From a virus, in the IMG/VR virus record IMGVR_UViG_3300035684_000001, positions 1 through 64,000 of that record: a stretch of 64,000 nt of DNA. One strand, written 5' to 3'. Both the position numbers and the translations under genes were made by a program. The notes beneath the pieces were generated by a model. The model searched no databases, was not told the DNA's origin, and was given only the letters and a program-made list of their open reading frames with translations. This document shows positions 9,727 to 19,488 of this stretch, piece by piece (positions within the stretch are counted from its first letter, which is position 1; every line of letters begins with the position of its first letter).

Positions 9727-11463
9727 TTATTTAGAATTATTTTTCCAAAAAGTCTCCCAAACTTGATATCCGCGACTTGTATCTGGTGGCGACCCTGCTT
9801 TTGCCATTTTATCCAAAAACTCTTGTTTTGACTTAAATGGTTTCCCGCCGTTGCGGACGATCGCCACCTCCTTGTCCGTAACACCAAAAACCTTCTTAAT
9901 CTCGTCGTCAGTTAAATTTTCTTTGGATATAAACTCGTTTATTTTATCGAGATTTTCCTTGTCCCGCTTTTCAAAATTTTGCCACAGCACGTACCCCGTC
10001 ACTCCATTTCGAGAGTTTGCTAGTTTCTGCAAAAAATCTTCTCTTGATTTGTACGGGCCGCTGTTTCGCAACTGTCGAATTACCGTCTCCGGCGTGTCTG
10101 CCGACAATTTAAATATTGCTGCAACTTCCTTATCTGACAGTTTGGGATTTGCTAGAGCTTGATTGATGCCCGCGATCGCCCGACTGTCTGATTCTACTGG
10201 CTTGGTTGCCAAAGCGGGAGTACCCGATCGCCTCAAGCTAATCGCACAGCCGAACGAATCGATCATTGTCCCCGCCGCTCCCGGCTCAACGGTACTTTTT
10301 TCCTGGTTTTCGTCAAAAGTGCTCTTCCCAAAAATAGGGTCTGTTTCGTCTAGCTTCTGGGTTTGCATTGCATCCAATATTGCTTGGTATTGGGCGAGCA
10401 TTTTATCGAAGGGCGATCGTCCGGTTCCCGGTATTGGCATATTTAGCGATGTCGGAAGCCCGCTGGGATTTCCGAGGTACAGGGCTTCGGCTGTAGCGCG
10501 GATGTTTACCGGGTTCATCCCTGGGGAATCTTTGGCTAATTTTTCTGCCAAGTCGTGCTTCAGTTTTTCCGCAATCTGGGGGTTTTTTAAAGTTTCAGTT
10601 CCGATCAACCCGGCTACTACCATATTGAGAAAAATTTCTGCGGGGAGTGACAGCAGCGCGGTAGCGTCGTCTAGCTGTTTGTTGTCGGTAAGGCTAGCTA
10701 TTTTAGCACTGGCTTCTTCGCCCAAACACGGAGCTAGCAAAACTTGAGTTACTTTATTCTGCCCGATCGCCGCCTTGTCTCGTTCGCTGGTATCAGCGGC
10801 GTATTGTTGCAGCGCTGTTTTCGTAGAAACCAACGACGCTCCGAGTTGACTTTTAGACCCTTGCCCTGCAATTTCTTTCAAACTCATAGACACTATACTG
10901 TGCCTGAACCCTTTTTTTCCGGGGAGTGGTTCGTCGTAGTTCACATCAAACTGGGTACATACGACGGGGGCGATCGAGGTTTTTCCGATCAGCATCCGCA
11001 ACAGCGGCGGAGTCCAAGTTTCCTCGTGCAATTCCTGGGTATGCGATACCGCTTCAGTCAACTGCCGGATGTCCTCTCTCAAATGAGAATATTCAAACTT
11101 GATACTAAAAGTTCGTGGGGTAATTTTGGTGAAGTTAGAACCCACTTTGATGTTTGTACCCTTAGCATCAGACCAATCGGCAGACTGAGATTCGCCCAAC
11201 TCTTGAATGTTTAACCCAGTATCCAGCACCATACCTTTGTATTTCCCCGTCAAAAACATGATTTCGAGCGGGTTGTATTCTGCGTCAAATCGGGGCGTCC
11301 TTTCTTGGCGGGCGATCGTCGCTTTCTCTTTTCCCAAGACTGTCGCATTCTGCAATGCGGAAACCTGTTCGTCCGCCCAGCCGCGACTGGGGAAATAGGT
11401 TCGCTTGGTTACGGGGTTGGGGGCGAGCTGACCGCTGGAAGGGAATGATGAAGGTACGTCCAT
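9727..11463 (-). CDS. contractile-tail protein with a CIS-tube/GpU-like N-terminal domain and duplicated C-terminal repeats
   Basis: PRTFSIKFEY...PPLLRMLIG...VCTQFDVNY...VSMSLKEI; two copies of L.D.E...F.......R..G.P.KS...FL.K. Confidence 0.6.
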   Translation of the reverse strand: MDVPSSFPSSGQLAPNPVTKRTYFPSRGWADEQVSALQNATVLGKEKATIARQERTPRFDAEYNPLEIMFLTGKYKGMVLDTGLNIQELGESQSADWSDAKGTNIKVGSNFTKITPRTFSIKFEYSHLREDIRQLTEAVSHTQELHEETWTPPLLRMLIGKTSIAPVVCTQFDVNYDEPLPGKKGFRHSIVSMSLKEIAGQGSKSQLGASLVSTKTALQQYAADTSERDKAAIGQNKVTQVLLAPCLGEEASAKIASLTDNKQLDDATALLSLPAEIFLNMVVAGLIGTETLKNPQIAEKLKHDLAEKLAKDSPGMNPVNIRATAEALYLGNPSGLPTSLNMPIPGTGRSPFDKMLAQYQAILDAMQTQKLDETDPIFGKSTFDENQEKSTVEPGAAGTMIDSFGCAISLRRSGTPALATKPVESDSRAIAGINQALANPKLSDKEVAAIFKLSADTPETVIRQLRNSGPYKSREDFLQKLANSRNGVTGYVLWQNFEKRDKENLDKINEFISKENLTDDEIKKVFGVTDKEVAIVRNGGKPFKSKQEFLDKMAKAGSPPDTSRGYQVWETFWKNNSK

Positions 11464-11472
11464 GATTTTGGT

Positions 11473-11502
11473 ATAAAAAAACCGGGCGATCGGTCGCTCG
11501 GC
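11473..11502 (-). repeat. 30-bp terminator-like hairpin, identical to 14012-14041
   Basis: ATAAAAAAACCGGGCGATCGGTCGCTCGGC immediately upstream of the minus-strand ATG at 11463. Confidence 0.85.
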
Positions 11503-11537
11503 GTAAGGATATATTTGAGATTGAGAATTTTTTGCTC

Positions 11538-12335
11538 TTAACTGACTTTTACGAAAACATCTAGATTAGGATATTGTCCTTTGACTAACGTTCTTTGGAT
11601 TGCCATTTTTCCATCAACAATTCCCTTTGTTTTGCTTATTTCAACAAACTTGTGTGCCGGGAATTCTTCCCTCGACCAAGACTGACTGACATTCCATGTT
11701 GGACTTACACGATCGTCCGACATTGAAGTTACGCGATTTTGAGATTGCAGATACAATGCGTGATCGAAGTTTGCTAAAGGTTCAACTTGTCCGCTGTGAA
11801 CGTGAACTGTAGGAAAAAATACTGTGGGAAATCCAAAGCGATGAGGATCGATTGGAAACTCAAAAGCCATTGGGTGGACACCAAAATGTCCTGGTTTTAA
11901 CTTAAATACCGCAAATCCATAGTCTTGGTATTGCGGTAGAGATCGCCATGTATTTTCTGGAAGACAAAATCTTGGATCGAGACGATCAAAATCTTGCAAG
12001 CTCGGAACGAAAGACGCCTCAAAGACGCCAACTTGCTCTACTACTAGCATTGACATAGACATACCGCGAGACATTCCTTTCGATCCCCTGTCAATATCAA
12101 AAATCTCAAACCCTTCGTTCATATCCTCAAAAAATTCAGGATATCCAGACAAATCTATAAACTGTACTGCATTTTCAGGAGATGCGGGAGGTATTGGTAG
12201 AGGCAAAATCATAGCTAATTCAGAATTCGCCTGGTAATTCATCTTGTAGACTAAGAACTGTTTGTCTGTCCCCGATCGTCTTGCAAATATTTCAGTTTTA
12301 GAAACGGATTCAACTTCACTGGAAAAAATACACAT
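11538..12335 (-). CDS. conserved hypothetical protein (DUF2330-like)
   Basis: AMILPLP, VGVFEASFVPS, YGFAVFKL, HPMAFEF, FFPTVHVH motifs. Confidence 0.6.
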   Translation of the reverse strand: MCIFSSEVESVSKTEIFARRSGTDKQFLVYKMNYQANSELAMILPLPIPPASPENAVQFIDLSGYPEFFEDMNEGFEIFDIDRGSKGMSRGMSMSMLVVEQVGVFEASFVPSLQDFDRLDPRFCLPENTWRSLPQYQDYGFAVFKLKPGHFGVHPMAFEFPIDPHRFGFPTVFFPTVHVHSGQVEPLANFDHALYLQSQNRVTSMSDDRVSPTWNVSQSWSREEFPAHKFVEISKTKGIVDGKMAIQRTLVKGQYPNLDVFVKVS

Positions 12336-12429
12336 GAGAAACGTCTCTTCTTTTTTTACGATTCTTATTGTACACTAAAATACCGAGCCATCGATTTGAG
12401 AATATAATTATGATTCAAATTTTACCTTG

Positions 12430-12636
12430 TCATCTAAACAGGATTTCTCGTACTTTCTTGTCGGATGTAAGTATTAAAACTTTTGCTCCTTCTTTTCTAG
12501 CGCGGTAAAGATAATCTTCAGTAGCAATAGCTTTCCGGATTGCTTCCTCTATATTTATCCCTTGGTCTTGAGCAAGTTTTGTTAGAAGATCGGAAGCGTC
12601 TCCCGACAAAGAGACGGTGATATTATTTCTCTTCAT
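12430..12636 (-). CDS. ribbon-helix-helix (CopG-like) regulator
   Basis: ITVSLSGDASDLLTKLAQDQGINIEEAIRKAIA. Confidence 0.75.
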   Translation of the reverse strand: MKRNNITVSLSGDASDLLTKLAQDQGINIEEAIRKAIATEDYLYRARKEGAKVLILTSDKKVREILFR

Positions 12637-13175
12637 GGTAAGTCCATAAACTTAATTCCAATACACTCATTTTCACAGCGGGCAACAACTATTTTTTGTT
12701 GAAGTTCAAACCACTGGCGATCGTCCATTCCCAGAGCATCTCCAATAAGTATGCCCATTTCAGAAGAAATTGGTCTATAACCCAGAATAAATTCTAAAAC
12801 TGTTTTTGGGTGAACGCCAAGCATTTCAGCAAACTTGCTAGGACATACACCTGTTTCTTCAATGGCAGCAGCGAGAATTTTCCCCGGAGGTATTGGGAGA
12901 GTTGATTGCCCGCAAAGCGCATCTACCATTTGTGAAGGTTGATATGTACTTGAATCGATATCATCAGGTGTTTCAGCTTCAATGTCAATGTAGTGTGTAC
13001 AGCTTCCAATTGTTTTAACAATAAGATTGGAAGTTTCTATACAAAAAATACTTTTTTGATAAAAAACTAAATAACCTATTAATTTCTCTTTAAACCAAGC
13101 GCTTTTAGGTATAAAACAGGCGGCTAAAACTTTTTGTTTGGGTAAATTGTTTGGATCTATAGTTTGCCAAATCAT
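12633..13175 (-). CDS. phage-like N-terminal domain fused to a HigA/VapI-like HTH
   Basis: PIPPGKILAAAIEETGVCPSKFAEMLGV...ISSEMGILIGDALG...WFELQ. Confidence 0.65.
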   Translation of the reverse strand: MIWQTIDPNNLPKQKVLAACFIPKSAWFKEKLIGYLVFYQKSIFCIETSNLIVKTIGSCTHYIDIEAETPDDIDSSTYQPSQMVDALCGQSTLPIPPGKILAAAIEETGVCPSKFAEMLGVHPKTVLEFILGYRPISSEMGILIGDALGMDDRQWFELQQKIVVARCENECIGIKFMDLP

Positions 13176-13271
13176 AACTATTTTTAGAGTGTTGAGTTTT
13201 TGGATTAGAATCGGGCAATAGCAGATCGCCCGGTTGTAATTTAAATAAAGTTTTTGTTCTTCTTGACCTCG

Positions 13272-13469
13272 CTATTTTACCTTGGGTTTGTCAAACAATA
13301 TGTTAACAATTGTTTCAGCAACAGCGGGTATTTGACCTGAGATTTGATTTAGTTGTGCTGTAAAAGCGGGATCGTATTGCACTTGATTTTCTAGTTTTTC
13401 TTGTAACCTTTTTTGTTCTGCAACGAATTCTTCATCCGAAAGATCGATATTTGCTCTACCTGCGCCCAT
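13272..13469 (-). CDS. hypothetical protein
   Basis: 65 aa; SD AGGAG. Confidence 0.55.
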   Translation of the reverse strand: MGAGRANIDLSDEEFVAEQKRLQEKLENQVQYDPAFTAQLNQISGQIPAVAETIVNILFDKPKVK

Positions 13470-13521
13470 TTGCTTGTCTCCTAAATTTTTGCTTTGTGCT
13501 ATTCCTAGTATACAGTAAATA

Positions 13522-14001
13522 TTAACCCGTTAGCGATCGAAATTGTTGTCCGTCAAGTTGAATTCCATCCAAAAACTCTTCTATTGATCGCGTGTGTTGC
13601 GTGCCCAAATATTCCCAGTAGCCAAAAGTCAGCGTACTGACTAAATCTTCATCTTCAGGTGTAAACTGAATTTCGATCGCCATCCCGTTTGTATACCGTT
13701 CCTCGTAAATCACAACCCCCACGGCGATCGCCCCTACTCCAATTTTTGCGCGATCATTCCAGTCCATAATTTCTTCTTCTAGATGGAACGCCAGGTAGCG
13801 AGGCTCGTAGGTTGAGAGCGGCTGAAACAGATCCGGCGCTATTCCCAGTGACGGGTGAATCGGGTCTTCACCTTTGCGGGTAAGGATGACGTGGAGAATT
13901 CGGGAGGTGATCGCCCGTACTCCCGAAACAATGTTCAATCCGCTGCTCGGGTTGTGCGGGCAGTAAAAAGTCCAATCATTACCAGTGAATTCTGCATCCA
14001 T
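13522..14001 (-). CDS. baseplate wedge protein, gp25/GpW-like
   Basis: AITSRILHVILTRKGEDPIHPSLG signature. Confidence 0.75.
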   Translation of the reverse strand: MDAEFTGNDWTFYCPHNPSSGLNIVSGVRAITSRILHVILTRKGEDPIHPSLGIAPDLFQPLSTYEPRYLAFHLEEEIMDWNDRAKIGVGAIAVGVVIYEERYTNGMAIEIQFTPEDEDLVSTLTFGYWEYLGTQHTRSIEEFLDGIQLDGQQFRSLTG

Positions 14002-14011
14002 AATTTTTGTG

Positions 14012-14041
14012 ATAAAAAAACCGGGCGATCGGTCGCTCGGC
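14012..14041 (-). repeat. 30-bp terminator-like hairpin, identical to 11473-11502
   Basis: Exact copy immediately upstream of the minus-strand ATG at 14001. Confidence 0.85.
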
Positions 14042-14070
14042 TTGAGAAGTATTTAGAATTTTTGTGTACT

Positions 14071-14385
14071 TTATTTCTGATTTGCTGACAATCCCGGATA
14101 CCACTGCTCTTGCTCAATATAGATTCCTGGAGGTGGGTATTTCATATCAGTAATTGCGTCGATCCAGTTTTGACGGTCTTCTAGATTGCCGTAGGGAGGT
14201 TTTCCCTTAAGTTTGTCAAGAAGAATAATTTTCAGAACAACAAGGCTTTTTTCTTTTAATTTACTTGATGGGTACATAGCCTCTATTTGTTCTGGTGTAT
14301 ATGGATACGGGTATGGTATTTTACCTTCTGCTAGATTCAATGGAGCTTCTGCTGCGGGTCTACGTCTTGTTTTTCGCTCACTCAT
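14071..14385 (-). CDS. hypothetical protein
   Basis: 104-aa ORF with ATG. Confidence 0.55.
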   Translation of the reverse strand: MSERKTRRRPAAEAPLNLAEGKIPYPYPYTPEQIEAMYPSSKLKEKSLVVLKIILLDKLKGKPPYGNLEDRQNWIDAITDMKYPPPGIYIEQEQWYPGLSANQK

Positions 14386-14452
14386 AATTGTTTTGTGTTT
14401 ATATTTGGATTATTACCATCTTAACACAATTAAACTTCATTTTTAACGCTTG

Positions 14453-14884
14453 TCAATACTTGATTAACACTTGCTTGTACATTGGCTTGTCTGAAACTGT
14501 GACAATTAACACTACCCCATCTAATGGCTCATTTTCTTCGTAGGTGATATTTTTAACTTTCTTCCTGCCGTCTTGCGGAATAAACTTACTTTTGACCATG
14601 CCGTCTATGATAAATTTCTGACAAGCACGAAGATTGTCCAGATCTATTCTTTGATTTACGAAAAATCTCAAATGAATCCACACCGGAGTAGTGAACGGCT
14701 TAAGTTTTTTAGCTCGGACGATCGCCCCTATTCGCTGGTTCCACTCTATTTTTGCCAAATCGTAGGGGCTGCATTTTCTACTTTTTTTAAAAGGCTTTGC
14801 CATCGCTATTATTTCGTTCATAGTTGGCGGTAACTTGTCTAGAATAAAACTCTGGGTTGTTGGTTTGGTTTTAATCTGCTGCAT
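14453..14884 (-). CDS. rusA: RusA-like Holliday junction resolvase
   Basis: LPPTMNE...RIDLDNLRACQKFIIDGMVKSKFIPQD (DxDN..K...D motif). Confidence 0.75.
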   Translation of the reverse strand: MQQIKTKPTTQSFILDKLPPTMNEIIAMAKPFKKSRKCSPYDLAKIEWNQRIGAIVRAKKLKPFTTPVWIHLRFFVNQRIDLDNLRACQKFIIDGMVKSKFIPQDGRKKVKNITYEENEPLDGVVLIVTVSDKPMYKQVLIKY

Positions 14885-14946
14885 CTTATAAAAAATCCCC
14901 GCAGGAAGCGAGGAACGCGGATTGTATTTTTAGGCGACAGTTGAGG

Positions 14947-15366
14947 TCAGGCGATCGTGTCTTTGCAGTTAAAATAAAAACCGGCTAAGATTATCGCGTC
15001 ATGAACTTTTTCTTTTTCCAGTACAGGCATACTTGCTAAATCTATGCCTGTTGCCATAGCTACAATTGCAGACTTACCTTTGTTGATTAGACCTCGTTTC
15101 AGACCTAACAAGAATGAACTTAATAGATCTTTGTTTTGTTTTTCCTCTGTACTTTCCTGTTCAATGTATTTTTGTAAAACCATTTCATGCAGGTCTTTAA
15201 CGGCATAGTCGTCTAGCAAACTGTTATCTTCAAGACTTATTAAACTTTCCCTTTTGAGGAAACGATAAAATCCTTTACTTCTTGTTGCAATAAAAACATA
15301 GAAGTATTGTTGTGTTCGCACAGATGGCAGTTGTTTGACGTAGTTTTCGATTTCATTTCTGTTCAT
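14947..15366 (-). CDS. hypothetical protein
   Basis: 139-aa ORF coupled to the upstream gene. Confidence 0.6.
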   Translation of the reverse strand: MNRNEIENYVKQLPSVRTQQYFYVFIATRSKGFYRFLKRESLISLEDNSLLDDYAVKDLHEMVLQKYIEQESTEEKQNKDLLSSFLLGLKRGLINKGKSAIVAMATGIDLASMPVLEKEKVHDAIILAGFYFNCKDTIA

Positions 15367-15577
15367 TTTTTTTTGTTTCGTCGTGAACTACTACCGCAAT
15401 TCCTGCGACGACGCCAAAGGCGATCGCGCCAGTAAAAAGTTGTTTGTTTAGATTCAGTATTGTCGATATGACGATCAATACCACTAGAACTGCGCCAGCT
15501 TTTAAAATTTGTCTAGGCAACCGTTTAAGGGATTCTATCGATTCTTGGTACAAACTTGCTGTTCGTTTATTACGCAT
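15353..15577 (-). CDS. small two-TM membrane protein
   Basis: Two hydrophobic stretches; SD AGGAGG. Confidence 0.6.
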   Translation of the reverse strand: MRNKRTASLYQESIESLKRLPRQILKAGAVLVVLIVISTILNLNKQLFTGAIAFGVVAGIAVVVHDETKKNEQK

Positions 15578-15663
15578 TTTTTAGCCTCCTAGTGTTACGT
15601 ATGGTATAATTAAAAATTTTTGATGACCCTGAATTTTACTTTTCCTGTGTGGCGCTTACCTGA

Positions 15664-16335
15664 TTATCCGATCGCTCCGACCGCTTCCAATTCCCAAAAA
15701 TCTTTAGGATTGGAAAGACCAACTCTCACGGGTTCACCGTACCAATCTGGTAGATAAAAGAAATCAGTAACGTAACGAACGAGCTTGCGATCGTCTGGTC
15801 TACGAAGTGTGTACTCAAACCCAGCGACTGGATCGCCGTCATACAAACGGTTGATTAATTCAAAATACTCGTTGCTCAGGTTTTCCCCGTCAATTTTCCA
15901 CGATTGACGGTAGTCGTAGCCAGTCCATTCAGAAGCTGGACGAAGACCCCTTTCTTTGGTAACGTTGCTGTGCTTGCAAAGACCTGTGTCCATGCCTACG
16001 ATTGTTATGAACTTTTCTCCCTCTGCAAGTTCTGCGATTGGGTCCATTGCCCGTGCCAGTGTTGGATTTGATCGCCCGATCGCCTGCAAGCTTTTTTCGG
16101 TAAAAATAGGGAAAGTTGGTCGTAAAATGGGATAAGGAGGTTTGCCTTCACCTCTGGCAATTAGGGCTTTTTCCAAACCCCTAGCTTCGAGCTCTGCTTT
16201 GATGGAGGGGATCGAGTAAAGCAATCTTTGGGCGATTGCGGACTTCATTTCCGAGCCTCCCACAGGCGAGATCAACATTGTCTGATTGTCAATTTCTTCA
16301 ATTAGGCAGTTGTGGAAAGGACTTAGTTCTTGCAT
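15664..16335 (-). CDS. hypothetical protein, possible PAS-like fold at the C-terminus
   Basis: 223 aa; FEYTLRRPD...VRYVTDF...VRVGLS strand pattern. Confidence 0.55.
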   Translation of the reverse strand: MQELSPFHNCLIEEIDNQTMLISPVGGSEMKSAIAQRLLYSIPSIKAELEARGLEKALIARGEGKPPYPILRPTFPIFTEKSLQAIGRSNPTLARAMDPIAELAEGEKFITIVGMDTGLCKHSNVTKERGLRPASEWTGYDYRQSWKIDGENLSNEYFELINRLYDGDPVAGFEYTLRRPDDRKLVRYVTDFFYLPDWYGEPVRVGLSNPKDFWELEAVGAIG

Positions 16336-16781
16336 GGAGCCTCCTGGGTTGAATCAAAGTAAATGTGTCGGAGCAGTTCCAGCTCCTCAATCGCCAACCC
16401 TAAAGAGCTGACGGAAAGAACGGTCAAGTCTTTGTCTGTTGGTCTATCGCCCCCCCTTAACTCTTCCAATCTTTCCACCGGATACAGGATATCAGCTGCC
16501 ATTTGCTGCAAGTCGCAAGATTGCAGTAGTTGGGCGATCGACGGGCGATCGGCTCTCGAAATAGTTGTGTTTACAGAAGGAGCGTTAGAGAATATAATGT
16601 GTCGCCCGGTGAGATGGAAGCTTTTTACAGCCATTTCTATGAGTCGTCGGACGTATTCCATAGCCGAAATTCCGGCGTCTGCCGCCATTACATTTAATCT
16701 TGTCCTTTCCATCAAATCTTTGAAAAAAACCTTGATTGCAATTTTGTCAGGCTGCTTTTTGTCCACAATATTCTCTCTCAT
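16323..16781 (-). CDS. putative regulator (RHH-like N-terminus, HTH-like C-terminus)
   Basis: RTRLNVMAADAGISAMEYVRRLIE; VERLEELRGGDRPTDKDL; start uncertain. Confidence 0.55.
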   Translation of the reverse strand: MRENIVDKKQPDKIAIKVFFKDLMERTRLNVMAADAGISAMEYVRRLIEMAVKSFHLTGRHIIFSNAPSVNTTISRADRPSIAQLLQSCDLQQMAADILYPVERLEELRGGDRPTDKDLTVLSVSSLGLAIEELELLRHIYFDSTQEAPCKN

Positions 16782-17058
16782 ACGCGATATTCATACGGAA
16801 AGCTTGTTCCCTCAGTGGGGTTGAAGCCCTCGTGAGCTTGATTGTCATTAGGTATTCTCTCGAATACCCCCAGTTAATTTCCATTTCCCGAAGGCAAGCT
16901 TGCCTCCAAGTCAGATGTTCGGTTGTTCCTTGCGGTGTTTTCGTTTTCTGTTTTAGACAAGGATCTTCGTACTTGATCCCTGGATACAACCGGGGTATCC
17001 AGATTCTGAAAAACTCAGTTAACCGCATCTCCGGGGCGATCGCTGTTATCATATACAC
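16747..17058 (-). CDS. hypothetical protein, possible HTH
   Basis: 103 aa; first gene of a leftward operon. Confidence 0.5.
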   Translation of the reverse strand: MYMITAIAPEMRLTEFFRIWIPRLYPGIKYEDPCLKQKTKTPQGTTEHLTWRQACLREMEINWGYSREYLMTIKLTRASTPLREQAFRMNIAYEREYCGQKAA

Positions 17059-17131
17059 CTAAACCTTTTTATGCTGTTTTCGCTTTACCTTCACCGGGTG
17101 GGCGATTTTTTTATTCTAGATGGATGTATTA

Positions 17132-17160
17132 AAAGTGTCAAGTAGAGTATTTGACACTTT
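17132..17160. promoter_or_regulatory. inverted repeat with back-to-back TTGACA boxes (divergent promoters/operator)
   Basis: AAAGTGTCAA-9 nt-TTGACACTTT between divergent operons. Confidence 0.7.
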
Positions 17161-17214
17161 CACAAAATTGATCTATCTTAAGCGTAAGACCAAAACAAAA
17201 ACGAAGAGGTTGGT

Positions 17215-17622
17215 ATGGATGTTTTACAAAAGTTTAGAGAATTTCGCGCAGCCGTGAGGTTGGCAACTGAAGAGGAATCATCTGTATTGGTTGCACAGGC
17301 AGCACAATTGAAGGCTTCAGTGGCTCCCACAATAGCAAAATACCAAGCTTTAGCTACTATGGCCCAAGCCGATGCTGACTTGCATGAAGCGGCAGGGGAA
17401 AGCTTTAAGGTTCAGTTAGTATCAAAAGTTCGCAGCATGGAAGTAGATGCCGGCGTTGCTGAAACAGGTGTTACTGTTCAGAAACGCTTTGTAGTTTCGC
17501 AAGAGAGACTTTCTGCTGTTATGCAAACGCAGCAGGAGTTGACAAGTAAATATAGTCACATACTTGCGGGGGGCGATCGGCTCCCGATTGGTCAGTCAGC
17601 GCAAAAACAACTTCCGTGGTAA
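17215..17622 (+). CDS. Ala-rich coiled-coil hypothetical protein
   Basis: 135 aa; SD GAGG. Confidence 0.65.
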   Translation: MDVLQKFREFRAAVRLATEEESSVLVAQAAQLKASVAPTIAKYQALATMAQADADLHEAAGESFKVQLVSKVRSMEVDAGVAETGVTVQKRFVVSQERLSAVMQTQQELTSKYSHILAGGDRLPIGQSAQKQLPW

Positions 17623-17639
17623 TCTTGCCCGCTACTTTT

Positions 17640-17860
17640 CTGCAAAAAAGCCAGGTGTTCGCGCCTGGTTTTTTAGTGTTTTTTGTATAAAAGATTATAC
17701 ACATTAAATAAAATAAGTCAAGAGTTGTATGCAGCGTTGTCACAAGCAGATAATTTTCTCGAAAACATCTTGTAAATTTATCTTCAGAAGCACTGAACAA
17801 GCAACGCTGAACAAGTTGTATTTTAAGTCGCGCTTGTTTTGCAAAAACACTGAACACCTT
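17640..17860. repeat. regulatory block, diverged copy of about 20915-21125
   Basis: Shared GGCGCGAA hairpin, ATTATACAC.TTAAA.AAAATAAGTCAAGAGTT and tandem CTGAACAAG boxes. Confidence 0.75.
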
Positions 17861-17884
17861 CTGTACGTATTGTGAGGTTATTTT

Positions 17885-18154
17885 GTGAAATATCTATTTT
17901 TGTCAGGCGGTATTGCTAGTACCTTTGCTCTACTCAGTTATCTAGCGAAGTACATCCCTAATGTGCAGCTCTTCCCGATCGCCAAACCCGCGATTATAAT
18001 ACTGGTTGCGCTAATTCTGGCGATCGGGCTGTGCCTGATATTTGTCCGAACCTTGTCGGAGGTTCTGGGCTGGGAATTATCGGCAACAAGGGTCATAGCT
18101 TATTGGGCGTGTTTTTTTGCTTCACTCGGACTAGCAATCGGGATTGCAATTTAG
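17885..18154 (+). CDS. three-TM membrane protein
   Basis: Hydrophobic segments. Confidence 0.6.
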   Translation: MKYLFLSGGIASTFALLSYLAKYIPNVQLFPIAKPAIIILVALILAIGLCLIFVRTLSEVLGWELSATRVIAYWACFFASLGLAIGIAI

Positions 18155-18163
18155 GAGGGATTT

Positions 18164-18529
18164 ATGGATTTTTATACCAACACTCACAAACAACTCCACC
18201 GAAAAAAGAACTTAGAGGCGACAGTGTGCGGTGCTGTCATGGTTTCAGGAATTATTGGCTTTATGGCGATTCCGTCTCAAGCTAAAAAAATCGATTACCT
18301 GAAGCTGGGATTTATTGTCACCTCCGTACTGTCGTGTCCTATCGGTCTAGCCATTGTTGCTGGCAAAAAAAGCTTAGATGGGAAAGCAGCACTTGTGGAA
18401 CAGGTCAGTAACGACAAACTTGGTGCACAAGTTGCTGCCGACGTGTCGGTGGATCTCGAACAAACGCGAATTAGGACAGAGCAGCGCCTCGCGGAAATGC
18501 TGCAAGAGATGGAAGGAGGAAACTCCTAA
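18164..18529 (+). CDS. two-TM plus coiled-coil protein, same architecture as the N-terminus of 24207-26057
   Basis: TM-TM-coil layout; SD AGGAGG. Confidence 0.6.
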   Translation: MDFYTNTHKQLHRKKNLEATVCGAVMVSGIIGFMAIPSQAKKIDYLKLGFIVTSVLSCPIGLAIVAGKKSLDGKAALVEQVSNDKLGAQVAADVSVDLEQTRIRTEQRLAEMLQEMEGGNS

Positions 18530-19488
18530 TGGATCGATCGCGCGAAATTACCAAGGATGAAGCTCACCAAGTCGAGCGATTAGTCCGTTCTAGAAAAGAT
18601 CCGTACCGCGAGTGCGGCGGTTGGATTCATCAAAACGGGAAAGTCGAGGTTGTCGATCATTGGGGAATTTGTCGATCGTCAGTGGTACTGCATCCGGACG
18701 AGTTGCCAGAGGATTTGAAAGCTTTGTGGATTTCAAGTCCTCTACAAAAACCCGCGAGTTATATAGATGATTGCTGTGATTCTTGCGAAGCTGGAAATGC
18801 AGGATCTCGCAAGATGTTTATTCCCCCGCTCCCCCGCTCGCTCGAAGAAATTAAAAAACTTGAGGAGGTCGAGAAAGTTCAGAACCCGAACCATCATTTG
18901 TCGTTAGGACAGATTGAATGGGCAAACAAGATGTACGCAGCGGGGGCAAAGACTTCGATATTACTGTACAAGGCGATTGGGGAGAAGGGGGTCTGGGATT
19001 TTTACGACCCTTGTAAGGACGAGAGAAAAAAGGCGATCGGGATAAATCTACACCCGATCAGCGAACTTCACGGTATTGCCCTGAAAGATCGAGAATCTCT
19101 AGCACTCGCTGATCGGGTCGCGGTGCGAGAACGCAAAAAAGCCGAGTACGAAATTTACCAAGCTTGGCTGCAATTTCTGACCGTCGAACAGTCCTGTCGC
19201 GATCGCAAAAACAAGGTCGATAGAGAAATCTTAGACTTGTCTCCGGTGTGGGTTGAAAGGCATCGACGGGCCGTTGATCGAATAAATTTAACCGAACAGC
19301 AGAGAGCAAAATACCGATCAACGGCTCCGTGGAAAAATTGTCGCGTTGCAGCGCCTCCTAAACAAAAATATCAGTTGCAGTTGCCGGAGGCGCAATCTGT
19401 GCCTATTTCTGTGGAACTGTTAAAAGATCCGAGATTTGCTCCCCCTATTGAAGCATACGAGTACATAGAAGTAGGAGTTTTGAAATGA
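18529..19488 (+). CDS. hypothetical protein with a degenerate JAB/MPN-like N-terminus
   Basis: RECGGWI present, but the HSHP position reads WISSP and S..D reads SLGQ. Confidence 0.45.
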   Translation: MDRSREITKDEAHQVERLVRSRKDPYRECGGWIHQNGKVEVVDHWGICRSSVVLHPDELPEDLKALWISSPLQKPASYIDDCCDSCEAGNAGSRKMFIPPLPRSLEEIKKLEEVEKVQNPNHHLSLGQIEWANKMYAAGAKTSILLYKAIGEKGVWDFYDPCKDERKKAIGINLHPISELHGIALKDRESLALADRVAVRERKKAEYEIYQAWLQFLTVEQSCRDRKNKVDREILDLSPVWVERHRRAVDRINLTEQQRAKYRSTAPWKNCRVAAPPKQKYQLQLPEAQSVPISVELLKDPRFAPPIEAYEYIEVGVLK

